A stretch of 64,000 bases of DNA from contig NC_087263.1 of assembly GCF_037042905.1 (NCBI RefSeq), positions 11,410,001 to 11,474,000 on the forward strand. Reading direction: 5' to 3'. This stretch comes from Lytechinus pictus. Its lineage: Eukaryota. Both the position numbers and the translations under genes were made by a program. Positions within the stretch are counted from its first letter, which is position 1. Each line of letters starts with the position of its first letter. The notes under the pieces are model-generated. The model was not told where the DNA came from. It saw nothing but the letters and a program-made list of their open reading frames with translations, and searched no databases. Shown in pieces: positions 28,201 to 43,200 of the stretch.

Positions 28201-31200
28201 ATAAAGATATAGAAGTTGGTCATCCACATCTTTGAAGTTCCAAATTTTCCTTAACAAAGAACTGTTGCTTTCTCTAAAATCGACGAGAAGTATACGTAGA
28301 TAATACAGATAAGAAGAGAAATTTTAAGAAAACGTGGATATATTTGGTAAAAGCATGATAATGATATTAACAATAGTTAGTATTAATGATAATAAACAAA
28401 ATAGCATTATCCTAAGTTTCAATTATATTTCATGTTTCTATAGCGCTTTTTCACAAGATATACAAAGCGCTTTATATTCTAAAGTGAAATTATTGTTGTC
28501 TTTATGGCATCAGTAATAAATTTAATGATAATAATATTTAGTAATAGGTAAACATATAGAAGTGAAAATTACTGATAGTGATAATAAATTTTACGACTGG
28601 TACTTAATAATAAGTAGGAAATATTTCAATTATAATCGTTACTATTTGATATTATTTTCTTTATCGTCAATACACTTAAAATATTTCGCTAAAAAATTAA
28701 CACAATATAATCTTGGTGATAATGAAAATGGAGTTATTAAAACAAATTGCGACTGATACTTAATAGTTATCATAAATGTTTTGTGTAAGACCTGTCATTA
28801 TCATCTTTATCGCCATTACAATCATTCTTATTCCCTTATCATCGTTAACTTAAACGTAATTTTAATTGTAAATCAAAAGTATTGTGCACCAGTGCCGCCA
28901 ACTTCTATTCAGTAGCGTATTTTTGCAATCAGATCGCAGACACTTTCTACATCGCACTAAGTCTTTTGAAAATGCAAATCAAATCACAATGGACAATTGA
29001 CAGGGTTTATTTTTTGGGGAGGCTGTTTTTTTTTTGTGTTTTTTCAAAAGTTGGTGGACCGGGATAGCAGATCGTCCTAAGATTCGCACCGGATGAAAAA
29101 TAACTGCAAATATGTCGTTTGTCTTGAGTCTATATGCTTTTCACACTGCATTTCCTTAACCCCATACTGTATCCTTAACCCCGGACTATCCTTAACCCCA
29201 TACTATCTTTTTTTTTCGATTCACACTGTCTTTCTTAACCCCATACTATCTGCTCAGCCGGGGTTAATGCCTTAACCCCGGACTATCCCTCAGCTCATGA
29301 ATAATGATGATTTTACCATACAGAGCGTGATAAACGTGCAATTCGACTTCTGTGATTGGCTAATGCTTAGCCCCACTTTCCTTAGCCCTGTTTCGTTTTC
29401 ACACTGCATCTCTTAGCACCGCAATTGTGGTGTTAGCACCACAATAAGCCGGCTAACCCTGCTTTTTTGCAGGGCCAGATAGTACCGTACTATTTACCGT
29501 GCTAGCCCACTTTGCTAAAACGAAGTGTGAAAACGAAGTGGGCTAAGCTTTACCCCGGGAAATTGGTGGGGCGAAGACCCCCCCCCCCCCCCCTTAGCCC
29601 CACCAATTTCCCGGGGTTAAGGAAAAAAGTGCAGTGTGAAAAGCATATTAGGGACAAGAGTTGCTATTGATCCGATCAATGACAGCAACACTTACATCTT
29701 TAATGAATATCGTTTACTCAAAATGTTTTTTAGAAGTGATATATAGTCATACATTCATCGTTGTCTCGATAATTTGGTGTGTTCCCTTTTGTTTAAAAAC
29801 GACATTGTAAAAAATTATGTATGAAAGATTGTGACAATGATGGAATTAAATATAGTTAAGATCAATCAGATCGATCACAACTCTTTGCAAGACGGGGGCC
29901 AGGATGACACTGTTATTCTGATTCACCAATCTTCAATAAAGGCTGTTCTGTCATTGAGGGGCTTTTGACAAAAAATGTCTGCCTTATAGAGAGCGTCTGG
30001 GTAGTGGTTGCAAAGGTTCCCTAAAGGCCACCGCATACCTTACGACTGTTCGCGATCTGATTTTGGAACAAATCGCAATTTGCTCATTTTCTAAAAATGT
30101 GAATGGAACATATCATTTTATTTGAGGTTTAAATTTATTGAAAGTATACTAATATAACTGTTTTGAAAGATTGCAAGCCTTTATTTCAGAGTCAAGGCCA
30201 AATAAGTTTAAAATCGTAGCCAATCGTACGACTGCTATGACTTCGTTACGACTAGATATTAAATTCGCTTTTTTTTTCTAAGAAGGATGATAGCATAGTC
30301 ACATATTTGAACATATGTATTCGTACGATGATTTAGAACATTACACAGTAAGATATTCCAAGTGTTAGCATCAAAGATATTATCAGTGTTAGCATCAGAT
30401 TCTACTACATTTTATTCTGAAATCGGGTCGCTGACCAATTGTAAGGTGTGCGGTCGCCTTCATACATACGTAGTGACTCCCTTTATAGAGTTTAGGAGGT
30501 GACTCTCCTTGTTAGGTGCTTGGTCCAGTGATTCGTTCCGCGGCGGCTCCGTTGCGTTCAGATTTTCATAATCCAAGACTTCAAAACATCGACTGTGTGC
30601 AAAACGGAGGAAAATTCATCAGTAAACAAAAGTTTTTTAAGGGCATTTGGAGATACAAACATATTTTTATCGCCATGATAAACATTGAGAGTGTATTCTT
30701 AATATATACCTTTTGATAATTTCCAATAATTTACAGAGGTAATTGGTCTGTAGTTTTATACGTGTACAAAAAAATGTTTTAGACGGAAAGTATTATGTTT
30801 CAAGATGGAAGATATTTGTTTTGCTCCTTGGTAACGTATGATAAGGCCATACTGAGTAGTGAATTGATGTGTTACCATTCAAGTGGGTCTATATTGCAAG
30901 ACTCCACTGCTCAGAATTTTTAGGTTAGGAACCTGGTCAGATTTTGGTTGAGGAATTGAAGTGATGTTATACCGACAAGCTGCTCGTTCTTATTTGTTTT
31001 TTAACTTGAGTACCATGGGAAAAAAATATGATAAATATGTAAAATTGACGACCCTTAAACATCTGAAACGCAAATAAAAGCAATCACTGAGTTTTCACCT
31101 CTTCCTATTTGTTGACACGACATTTGCTCCTGCGACATTTACCCCGATCTTAATATCTGAGAAGGAATTGGATTAGGATTGTAATATAGTTTTTGGTTCA

Positions 31201-34200
31201 GAAAAAATGTTAAGATTAGGATTAGGGTGTTAGCTTAGACATTAGATGTTACAGTTGTGCTCAAAAATTACAAAATGCACTCCATTCACTCTTTCATGCT
31301 AAGTGGGGAATGTACATAACAACACTCCAATGTTCAGCGAGCCCAGAGAAACAAACTTTAGTGAATGTAATATTTTACCACCTGAAATTACATCTAAATA
31401 CTAGTATCCAAAACATTGCAAAACTAGAACACCTATAATATTCAATTTCTGGCGAGGTTCACTTCCTTTGAGCACCACTGTATCTTTTGCTTAACGTACA
31501 GATTTTCCATCGGAGCAATTGCCGCCGGAGCAAATGTCATGGAACTTCAAATTTTGACTACCACTATGTGCATGCCCCGGAAGTGACCCAGGCGACGTGT
31601 CAACGACGACTCTATGTGCTTAGCAACATTTTCCATAGCAACGATTTTTTTTTTCTTTTCATAGTTCAGATAACTGCAATATACACCCAAAGAATTGTGC
31701 GATATACACAAAAAGTGCACAAAAATGCACAAATATACACAAAGAAGTCGAATTCTGGCCAATTGATTCCTCATGTCAACAACATTTTCATTGGCAGAGC
31801 CAATGAGGACCATAGCAACGGATGCTAGGTTACACATTTTTTTTCAGTTCAGTAGACCTGCAGTTTTCATTTCACTTTTTTATTTTTTTCACGTTTTCAA
31901 CAAAAGAACAAGATTCATACATACTTTATGAAAATTAATAATGTAATTAGAATGCATGTAATGTAAGTTTTCTGTTATAAGTTTGAAACCAAAATTAATT
32001 AATACTCAATTTAATATTAAACTATCACGGTGAAAATAATAATGTTTGTCTGGGAAAAAGAGATGTTTCTCTCCATTTTTCCCAGTACCGATTTCATATC
32101 TGGTATGTTTTTCATGATTAGAATTTCTATGAACCATATGTTTCTCTACCAAAGGCCATACGAACAAACAGCCTTAATACTCCCATGTCAAGTCCTCAAC
32201 TACTCATATCTGGCGAGCGTTTCATCAACGTTTTTGTCCGACGAGTTGTCAGATCTGACAAGTTTCCTTGATTTTGAATGGCTGAGGAGCACAGTTCCTA
32301 TGGTAACTGTCTGATAAAACAGGACTTGTTGGAAAAAGCATCCGACAACTCCTCATGAAACGCTCCCCTGGACTGATTCATTAGCCATGATGCAACATTC
32401 TGAGAAGTGTAGTCTTGTACTATAGGCCTATTTGAATGATAACACATTGATTCCCCATTTAATAGATTCATATTGCTATTATTACATCCCAAAGTAGCAT
32501 CTTTCCTCTCAAGACCATTTTAGTTTCTCTATACAAAGAAAATTTTAGGCAAATTCATCCTCTGTATTTCTACACTTTTTATAACACGCAGTCAATGAAA
32601 GACAACAAACAGTGTTTTTTACTTTGCTCTTAAAAGCATTAATACATTATTCACACAAACCCAGGAACACTTATACCCGTCCATGCCAAGTAACAGTTGC
32701 TAAGCAACATGATTATTTATTTAATGATTAAAGATGCTTAAAACTATGAAACCTTACTAAAATCAACCTCATATATTGGTTCATATTTTCATGACATTGG
32801 GTGTCAGATGTCTGCATAGTACCTGTTGGATGCTTAAAATGTATTTAGAACAAGTGGAACGCCTCTTGCAGTCTCGCCTGCATTACGCGATTTAATATAG
32901 CAGCAGTGCTAACTTTGAAAACTACTGTAAGATAATCATTCACAAAAACACCATTCATATAATGACATAATACCACGTTCATTGACCATAGATGACATTT
33001 GAACGGTGACTTAAGACTTGTCAACTATACCCATGTCCACATTTCATTCACTCTATCCATAAACTTTCAAAGTTATGATGGTACTTCAACAATTACCCCG
33101 GCATGGCCTAAGTTTATTGACCTTAACTGACCTTTGACCTTGGTTTTGTGACCTGAAACTCACAGGGGATGTTCAGTGATACTTGATTACTCTTATATCC
33201 CAAGTTTTATGAAATAGATCCATAAACTTCAGAGTTAGAATGGTAATTCAACAAATACCCCCAACACGGCCAAAGTTCATTGACCTTAAATGACCTTTGA
33301 CCATGGTCATGTGACCTGAAATTCGTACAGGATGTTCAGTGATACTCGATTACTCTTATGTCCAAGTTTTATGAACTAGATCCATAAATTTTGAAAGTTA
33401 TGAAGGTAATTCAACAAATACCCCGGCATGGCCTAAGTTTATTGACCTTAACTGACCTTTGACCTTGGTTTTGTGACCTGAAACTCACAGGGGATGTTCA
33501 GTGATACTTGATTACTCTTATATCCCAAGTTTTATGAAATAGATCCATAAACTTCAGAGTTAGAATGGTAATTCAACAAATACCCCCAACACGGCCAAAG
33601 TTCATTGACCTTAAATGACCTTTGACCATGGTCATGTGACCTGAAATTCGTACAGGATATTCAGTGGTACTTGATTAACCTAATGTCCAAGTTTCATGAA
33701 CTAGATCCATAAATTTTGAAAGTTATGAAGGTAATTCAACAAATACCCCCAACTTGGCCAAAGTTCATTGACCCTAAATGACCATTGACCTTAGTCATGT
33801 GACCTGAAACTCAGGAAGGATATTCACTAATACTTGATTAACCTTATGTCCAAGTTTCATGAACTAGATCCATAAATTTTCAAAGTTATGATAGTAATTC
33901 AACAAATACCCCCAACTTGACCAAAGTTCATTGACCCTAAATGACCTTTGACCTTGGTCATGTGACCTGAAACTCGAGCAGGATGTTGACTCATACTTGA
34001 TTATCCTTATGCCCAAGTTTCATGAACTAGGTCCATTTACTTTCTAAGTTATGATGTCATTTCAAAAACTTAACCTTCGGTTAAGATTTTGAAAATAATT
34101 CTCCCAACATGGTCTAAGTTCATTGACCCTAAATGACCTTTGACCTTAGTCATGTGACCTGAAACTCAAGCAGGATGTTTAGTAATACTTGATTAACCCT

Positions 34201-37200
34201 ATGTCCAAGTTTCATGAACTAGGTCCATATACTTTCTAAGTTATGATGTCATTTCAAAAACTTAACCTTAGGTTAAGATTTGATGTTGACGCCGCCGCCG
34301 CCGTCGCCGTCGGAAAAGCGGCGCCTATAGTCTCGCTCTGCTATGCAGGCGAGACAAAAACCTCGAACGATTTATCTTCGCCTCTTTTATTTGAAAACAA
34401 TAATTATCAAGCATCAGCCTAAACATATGCAATATTTTGATCCATACAATCGACAGATTGATAATGAAAATACTGACAACAAACATCCCTTAATTTTCTC
34501 TTAAAAATAAGAAAGGTCTGGAATAGAGGTAGATACCCTATTTCTATATATTTGAAGTTGAGGTTGAAATTTTATAACCATGAAATAAATATACAAATAC
34601 AATGTTATTGATGTACAAACAAGAAAATAATATATTTGGTAAAAGGGGACCACAAAATACATTTAGCAATAGCTGTTATTCGGATTTGGCACCTTGTACA
34701 TATTACTGCTTAACTCTTCAAAATAAATGGATACATGTTAAATGTATTATATTTGAGGAAATTCACCAAAAGGGTTGAATACTATTGCATGTACGGTACA
34801 TAGAAAGATATTTATTAAAAGTCCGACTGAAAATGGTGGAAATATATTGAACTTCGGCCTCAAAATGCAGCCTTTCTTATCAAAATCACCGAATCGTGTG
34901 TAAGGTGAATGGGCGTGCAGATATGGGGCACCATTTTTTAGTTCAATCTGAAAATAATTGGAAAAGGTTTTTTCCAAATCATATATTTCTCGCAAATTTT
35001 CAATGAGATTTTTGGCATACTCATAAGGATCTAAGGAACATTATCGACTGAAAATTCATGTGAAATAAAACGGAATACATGTTGAATCTTAATTCAAATA
35101 GTTTGGTATTGTCTTGTATTGTATTTATGTCTATGGGCGTATCCCGCCACAGGCCTTTGCTTTTAGGGTATACGTCTTCTTCTATAAACCTAACATGTAC
35201 ATATTTATATTTTTCATAACAAACTTGATTTTTGTATGAATTAATGTTTACGAAAAATTTAGAAATTTGTGAAATGGAAGCAAATAAAAGTTTATTTGAA
35301 TTGAATTGAGGGTGCACAGACATCCCCCCCCCCCCTTCATATGGATCGTAAATTCACAATTTATCACTCCACCCAATCACACTGGAACAAAAATTGTACA
35401 AAGCAAATATCGCTGTGAAATACATGTAGCATAAAACAGTAGAGTTTTATCCTTTTAGAGATTTCCAGGCTTATTTATTATTTTTATACAACCATGGTTG
35501 CTTCGAATACGTTGTTTATTAAATTACCAAAGTACACGTATGCCAAAATTACATACATCTAATGTACGTTTGTTATCTGGATATAAATTATTATCATGCA
35601 GACTTTGGTTTGCCTCTTGTACATTTTGAGCGAATGGAATGTCTTTTAAACTGCCAAGTTTAATTCTTTGACCACTTTATGAGCATTTCCATTCAAATAT
35701 TAATTCTAGTTGTTGCATTCCAAAATATAAGCGATATAGTTGCTGTGGAAAGGGTGTTCATTTAAAAATTGCTGCTATGGATGGTTGGATGGAATGTTGC
35801 TTGGGATTTTATTGAAGGTTTGGGCGTTTAGAAGTTTTTAAAAAGCAGAATTTTTGTAGATTTGACCCAACAAATGATGGTTGCTAAGGTAAATACATTA
35901 CCTAGCAACTGTTGCTATACTAGGAGAGATCAGGTTGGCATTGGTCAACACTTGTTATTCCTCCTTCAAGCAACATTTCATGCTTGTGCCATAATCTAAC
36001 CATTCTTTTTATTTTTGCACCAATCTTCTGGAAAATTCTTTTGCTAAATCGTAATCCCTACAGCTAAAGCCCCTTTCACAATTGACGTACGACCTGTTTA
36101 CGACCACCTGCAACAGTTTTTTCTAGTTGTTGCACGATCGATCCCTTGGTGTCTTGCGAGCACTCGCAGTCGTTGTAGACGATCGCACAAACTCGAGGTG
36201 GTCGGAGGTGATCGTGACTGGTCGCATCTGAACCTTGAACATGTTCAAAATCCAGACGCGATCAAATACGATTGATTCACTCGCAACAGGTCGTACCATC
36301 GGTCGGGCGATCATCGTGTGAGTGTTGTTCAACGTTGTACGACTTGGTGCGAGAGGTGGCACAACTAAGTATAGTCGCATTTAGTCGACTGGAGGTCGTA
36401 CAACACTTGCACATGTGCTGGAGACCTACAGAGACCAGTCTTGCGACTGGGTGCGATAATATGAGACTGTTGCAAGACCGATCGAAATTACGGCTTACTA
36501 CATTCCACTACCGTTGCATTCGCATGTATGCGACCGTTCGGCCCCTTTCACAATTGACGTCCGACCAGTTTACGACCGCCTGCAACAGTTTTTTCTTGTT
36601 GTTGCACGATCGATCTCTTGGTGTCTTGCGAGCACTCGCAGTCGTTGTAGATGGTCGCACGAACTCGAGGTGGTCGTGACTGGTCACATCTGAACTTTGA
36701 ACATGTTCAAAATCCGAACGCGATCAAATACGATTGATTCACTCGCATCAGGCCGTACCCGGGGTCGTACCATCGGTCGGGCGATCATCGTGCGAGTGTT
36801 GTTCAACGTTGTACGACTTGGTGCGAGAGGTGGCACAACTAAGTAGTCGCATTTACTTGACTGGAGGTCGTGCAACACTTGCACATATGCAAGCGACCTA
36901 CATGTACAGAGACCTGTCTTGCGACTGGTTGCGATAATAATATGGGCCATAAGACTGTTGCAAGACCGATCGCAACGGCTTACAACATTGCACTACCGTT
37001 TCATTCGCATGTATGCGACCGTTCCACTCGCAATCCCTCGTGCAACACTCGCATGTGATCGCACGAGCACAATAAGAGCATATGCGACTTACTCGTGCAA
37101 CGGGGTTTCCTGGTTGTTTTTGTTGTACGACAGCTGTTGCAACTGTGAAAGCCTCTGTGCGATCTTATGAGATGACTAGCGATTGATGGCTGTTGCAACC

Positions 37201-40200
37201 TGTCGCACGACCAAAAGGTCGCAAATGGTCGTACGTCAATTGTGAAAGGGGCTTAAGCCCCTTTCACAATTGACGTGCGACCATTTGCGACCTTCTGGTC
37301 GCGCGACAGGCTGCAACAGGCATAAATCGCTATTTATCTCATAAGATCACACAGAGGCTTTCACAAATGCAACAGCTGACGTACAACAAAAGCAACCAGT
37401 AAACCCGCTGCACGAGTAAGTCGCATATGCTCGTATACGCTCGTGCGGGAGGTCGTGCGATCACATGCGAGTGTTGCACGAGTGATTGCGAGTGGTTTCA
37501 CGAAAGTTTCAATAAGTTGCACGACTGATTGCATAGTCGTGAGAGTCGACGTGAGACAATGCGATTGCTCGTACGTTTGAATGAAACCGGTGCGAGTGTT
37601 CGTGCGATTGATTGAGTGAGGTATAGACCAATCCGACTTCAGAGCAATGTAATCGAGGAATGGTCGCAAACATGCGAATGCAACGGTAGTGCAATGTTGT
37701 AAGCCGTGTTGCGATCGGTCTTGCAACAGTCTTATGGCCTATATATTATCGCACCCAGTCGCAAGACTTGTCTCTATAGGTCGCCAGCACATGTGCAAGT
37801 GTTGTACGGTCTCCAGTCGACTAAATGCGACTACTTAGATGTGCCACCTCTCGCATCAAGTCGTACAACGTTGAACAACACTCATACGATAATCACCCGA
37901 CTGATGGTACGATCTGATGCGAGCAGCGGCGTAACAGGGGTCGGTGGCCAGGGGGGGCAAGAGCCAAAAATTTCCCAGTCATATCATGGTATGAACAGGC
38001 GTAATGAGGCGACGATTTTGAGGGGGCCAGACAGTGCGTATCAGGCAGAATTTATCTTTTTTTTTAATTGCGAGCGAGCGAAGCGAGCGAGCAAAAATTT
38101 TGACATTTTTAATACAAAAATCAAATTTCGTGATAGATTTTGGTCTGTACGCCGCTGTGAACAGGATTCTTTGCGGCAGTAGCATGAAGAGTAAAAAAAA
38201 GCCAGATGCGCAGTATGGCAAATGTGCTAAAAAGCCGCTTAATATAAGTCCCGAGCGAGCGAAGCGAGCGAGAAAAATAGAATCACCATTTCATGAGAAT
38301 ATAACCTTGAGATATTTTTTTACATGATATTCAGTAAATAAAATCATATCCTACACTTTTCCTTTGCTTTTCTCTCCTCTTTTTTTCCTTGGTTGTAAAA
38401 TTTTTGGGACCATGCCGGCCCAATCCTTCCACACTCATATACGTCAGTGCTATGCGGTTGGGGTCCGGGCCGGAGCTCCCGGAACTTCTTGATATCATAG
38501 CCATTTAAACCGTGCAGATTGCCGCTTTTTTAATCAAATCGCGGGTATATACAGGATATAGCTTTTACACAACACATTCATTCAACCCAGTTGAACCAAA
38601 TATTTTGAGGGGGCAAAACATAGCAATGTGGGAAACCTTGTAAAAAGTCGCCAGCGAGCAAAGTGAGCTGGAAAAAAAATGCCTATTGAAATGGACATTT
38701 CATTGTTTCCATTCCTTTCATTACACGTTGTCTCCTATAATTTATTTTATTTCCTCTTGGGTGTGGAACCAAGAACCTCCCCCCCCCCCCCCCCGCCTGT
38801 ACGCCAGTGATTGAACGTAAAGCTTAATGTAGGTAGGGTCCCTCCAGGTGGAGTTATAGAGCCATTCGAAGGTTATAGATATAGAGCCCCTACTGCGTAG
38901 GGTCTGGGGCAAACCCCGGTAGCTTATTTGCATAAAATTTAGCAAGCGTATAACACAATGTTGTAAGCAGTCCATATTTTTCCCCGCTCTTTATTTTCAA
39001 TCCTCGGCAGCCCGGTTGTGTCATTAAATTTTTTTCTTGTCCCTTTTCTTTGTTTTCCAATTTAGCTTTGGACTAATTCCATTCTACCTTCATTTCCCGC
39101 TATTGTTTGCCATTTTGTCATCTTTTAATTTATTTCCCATCATGCTATTGCATTACACAGGCCTATATTGGAATGATTTGTTCTTTCTCAAATGTTCTTC
39201 TTTCATTCCTTTTCCCGCTTTCCGTCCTTTTCCATTAAAAAAATCTTCGTTTTCTTTTCACTTTTCTCTTTCCCTTCCCTGTTTCCTTCCCATTTCCCCT
39301 TTCTTTCTTTCTCCCTCCCTTTTCTTTTTTTCCCCGTTTTTTTTTTTTTTCCCGGTGAAATCCACCAGGGGGGCAGCTTGCCCCCCCCCCTGCCCCCACC
39401 CCCCCCCCCCCCGCCTGTTACGCCACTGGATGCGAGTGAATCGATCGTATTTGATCGCGTTTGGATTTTGAACATGTTCAAAGTCCAGATGCGACCAGTC
39501 ATGAATACCTCGAGTTTGTGCGATCGTCTACAACGACTGTGAGTGCTCGCAAGACACCAAGAGATCGATCGTGCAACAACACGAAAAAACTGTTGCAGAC
39601 GGTCGTAAAACTGGTCGTACGTCAATTGTGATAGGGGCTTTAAGCCCCTTTCACAATTGACGTACGACCATTTGCGACCTTTTGGTCGTGCGTCAGGCTG
39701 CAACAGGCATCAATCGCTAGTCATCTCATAAGATCGCACAGAGGCTTTCACAGTTGCAACAGCTGTCGTACAACAAAAACAACCAGTAAACCCCGTTGCA
39801 CGAGTAAGTCGCATATGCTCTTATTGTGCTCGTGCGATCACATGCGAGTGTTGTACGAGGGATTGCGAGTGGAACGGTCGCATACATGCGAATGAAACGG
39901 TAGTGCAATGTTGTAAGCCGTTGCGATCGGTCTTGCAACAGTCTTATGGCCCATATTATTATCGCAACCAGTCGCAAGACAGGTCTCAGTACATGTAGGT
40001 CGCTTTCACATGTGCAAGTGTTGTACGACCTCCAGTCAAGTAAATGCGACTACTTAGTTGTGCCACCTCTCGCACCAAGTCGTACAACGTTGAACAACAC
40101 TCGCACGATGATCGCCCGAGCGATGGTACGACCCCGGGTACGGCCTGATGCGAGTGAATCGATCGTATTTGATCGCGTTCGGATTTTGAACATGTTCAAA

Positions 40201-43200
40201 GTTCAGATGTGACCAGTCACGACCACCTCGAGTTCGTGCGACCGTCTACAACGACTGCGAGTGCTCGCAAGACACCAAGAGATCGATCGTGCAACAACTA
40301 GAAAAAACTGTTGCAGGCGGTCGTAAACTGGTCGGACGTCAATTGTGAAAGGGGCTGAACGGTCGCATACAAGCGAATGCAACGGTAGTGGAATGTTGTA
40401 AGCCGTAATTTCGATCGATCTTGCAACAGTCTTATATTATCGCACCCAGTCGCAAGACTGGTCTCTGTAGGTCTCCAGCACATGTGCAAGTGTTGTACGA
40501 CCTCCAGTCGACTAAATGCGACTATACTTAGTTGTGCCACCTCTTGCACCAAGTCGTACAACGTTGAACAACACTAACACGATGGTCGCCCGACCGATGG
40601 TACGACCTGTTGCGAGTGAATCAATCGTATTTGATCGCGTTTGGATTTTGAACATGTTCAAAGTTCAGATGCGACCAGTCACGATCACCTCCGACCACCT
40701 CGAGTTTGTGCGATCGTCTACAACGACTGCGAGTGCTCGCAAGACACCAAGGGATCGATCGTGCAACAACAAGAAAAAAATGTTGCAGGTGGTCGTAAAC
40801 AGGTCGTACGTCAATTGTGAAAGGGGCTTTAATTAACGCCTGCATTAGAGCAGGTTCTAGACGTGCGTAAATTATTTTATGTGAACTAGTAAGTTTCCGA
40901 ACTATCTGAAACACGACGCAAATTAGGTAGAGTAATTTTCAGGCCTTGTACTGTATTCCAGTTATTATTTTTCCTTTGTCGGGTGTAGGTGAGTTTTGAA
41001 CGTGAAAAATATACGGATCTATAAAAAGGACCTATTACAATCGAGGATGAATGTGAGCCTTCTCATGTCAAATCGCTCTACTAGTTATTATTGAAGAAAA
41101 ATAATTGAAGACACATATACAGTATATATTGTGAAAGATATGAATGAAGAGAACAATGGTAGCGTAGGCATGGCGGCTTGTCATTGTTCAAAACTCACCT
41201 ACACCCGACAAAGGAAATTTAATTGGTGGTGTCGAAAATATGTTTATCTGACGGTCAATCGGATCGGGGTCGCCCTATCCACTAACCTGTCTTTTTGGTC
41301 CATAGACGGGTCAATATATGGTTTGACCCGGAACAAATTGCAACAAATGACTTTTCAACGGTATTTTGTACTATTTGACCTCAGGAATAACATACTAAAA
41401 ATCTACCAAAATCCGCATCCGGGAAAGTGGTTATTTTCAAGATGGCCGCCATTCACTAAAAATGGATATAACTCACTCATTATCCACCCTAGAATCCTAT
41501 TTGGGTTCATATTCCATGGTCCAATGGGTAAAAGAATTTATTTATACAAGTTAGAGTGATTATAAGCACTCCAGGGTACCAGGAAAATCCAAGATGGCGC
41601 CCAAAATGACTACCGTAGTCTAACAATCCACATATCATCTATTACTTACTTAAGGGCTTTAATTTGGTTTCCATCCGATTGTTTAAATGGTGAAGTAGTA
41701 CATCGGGACAAGTTACAAGGACAGCCAGTGGTCTGGTGTGTCCAAAAATTCAAGATGGCTTCCAGGAATTGAGTTTAAAATGGCTGTTAATCCTTAAAAT
41801 GGACATAGCTCATATCACATCCACCTGAGAGATATGATTTTGGTGTCTAGACCATGGTTTCAATGGTCATATAATACATTGGGACAAGTTACAAGGACAA
41901 TTAGTGGCCCGGTATGTTCAAAAATCCAAGATGGCTTCCAAAAATGGAGTAAAATTGCTGTTGCTACTTAAAAAAAAACCAACATAGTTTGTTCAATATC
42001 CGGGAATATGATTTTTGTACCTATACCATGGTTAAATGGGTCAAATAATAAATTGGGATAAGTTACAAGGACGATTGGTGGTCAAGTATGTCCAAAAGTC
42101 CACGGTGGCTTAAAAATAGTTTCAATTAGCCGCGATGGTATTTAAAAATGGACATAGTTAATGTTTTATTCGTCAAGGGCATATGATTTTGTTGCCTATA
42201 TCATGGTTTCAACAGGCAGAAAATTAGTTACAAGGACAGTCAGTGGTCCAGTATGTCGAAAATCTAAGAAAGCTTCCAGAAAATCGGAGTCTAAAATGAC
42301 TGCTGTTACTTTAAAAATGGACATAGTTCATTTAAAATCCACCTCGGAGATATGATTTCGGTGTCCACACCATGGTTTCATGGTTAAAATAATACGTTTG
42401 GACTGGTTACATTGATATGCAGTTGTCCGGTTCGCCTAAAACACAAGAGGGTTTTTTAAAAAGGAATCTAAAACGACTCATATCATTCAATAGTGGTCAG
42501 AGTTCTACAATATTCATCTGCAAGAAATAATGTTGGTGTTCATATTGTGGTATGAAGGGTCAAATAAAACATTCGGACAAGTAACAAGAATGGTTAGTAC
42601 TCCATTTTGTCATATAATCCATGATGGATTCTAAAATTTCATCAAAATGGGTGCTGTTACCAACTCATGAAACAATATAATTATTTGTCCCCATGCATTT
42701 AAGTGTAGGCACCAAGATTATTTCTAACAGGTAGATATTTTATGTAACAGTAGTCACTTTAGAACCCATTTTTTAAGCCAACTTGGATTTTAAGGCAAAA
42801 TGGATAGCTGCATATCATGGTAACCAGTCCCAAAGTATTGTTTGGCCCTTGAAACCCTAGTGTAGACACCAAAATTATATTCCCAAGGTGTATTTATAAT
42901 GTTCTCTATCCACTTTTAAGTAACAACAGTCATTTAAGACCCCCATTTTTTAAGCCATCTTTGATTTTTGGACATACCTGACACCTGACTGTCCTTTAAA
43001 CTTAACCCAATGTAGTGCTTAACCCTGTAAACTCTAGTATAGACAGAAAAATCATACCTCCAAGGTGTATTTATAATAAACTATGCATACTTTTAAGTAG
43101 CAACAGTCAATTTACACCCCATTTTTTTGAAGGAATCTTGGATTTTTTAACATAGACAGACAACTGACTGGTCTTGTAATTTACCATAGTGTATTACTTG

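Noticed and set aside
34747..35323. ORFs possibly from a LINE
   Set aside because: No diagnostic motif recognised with confidence.
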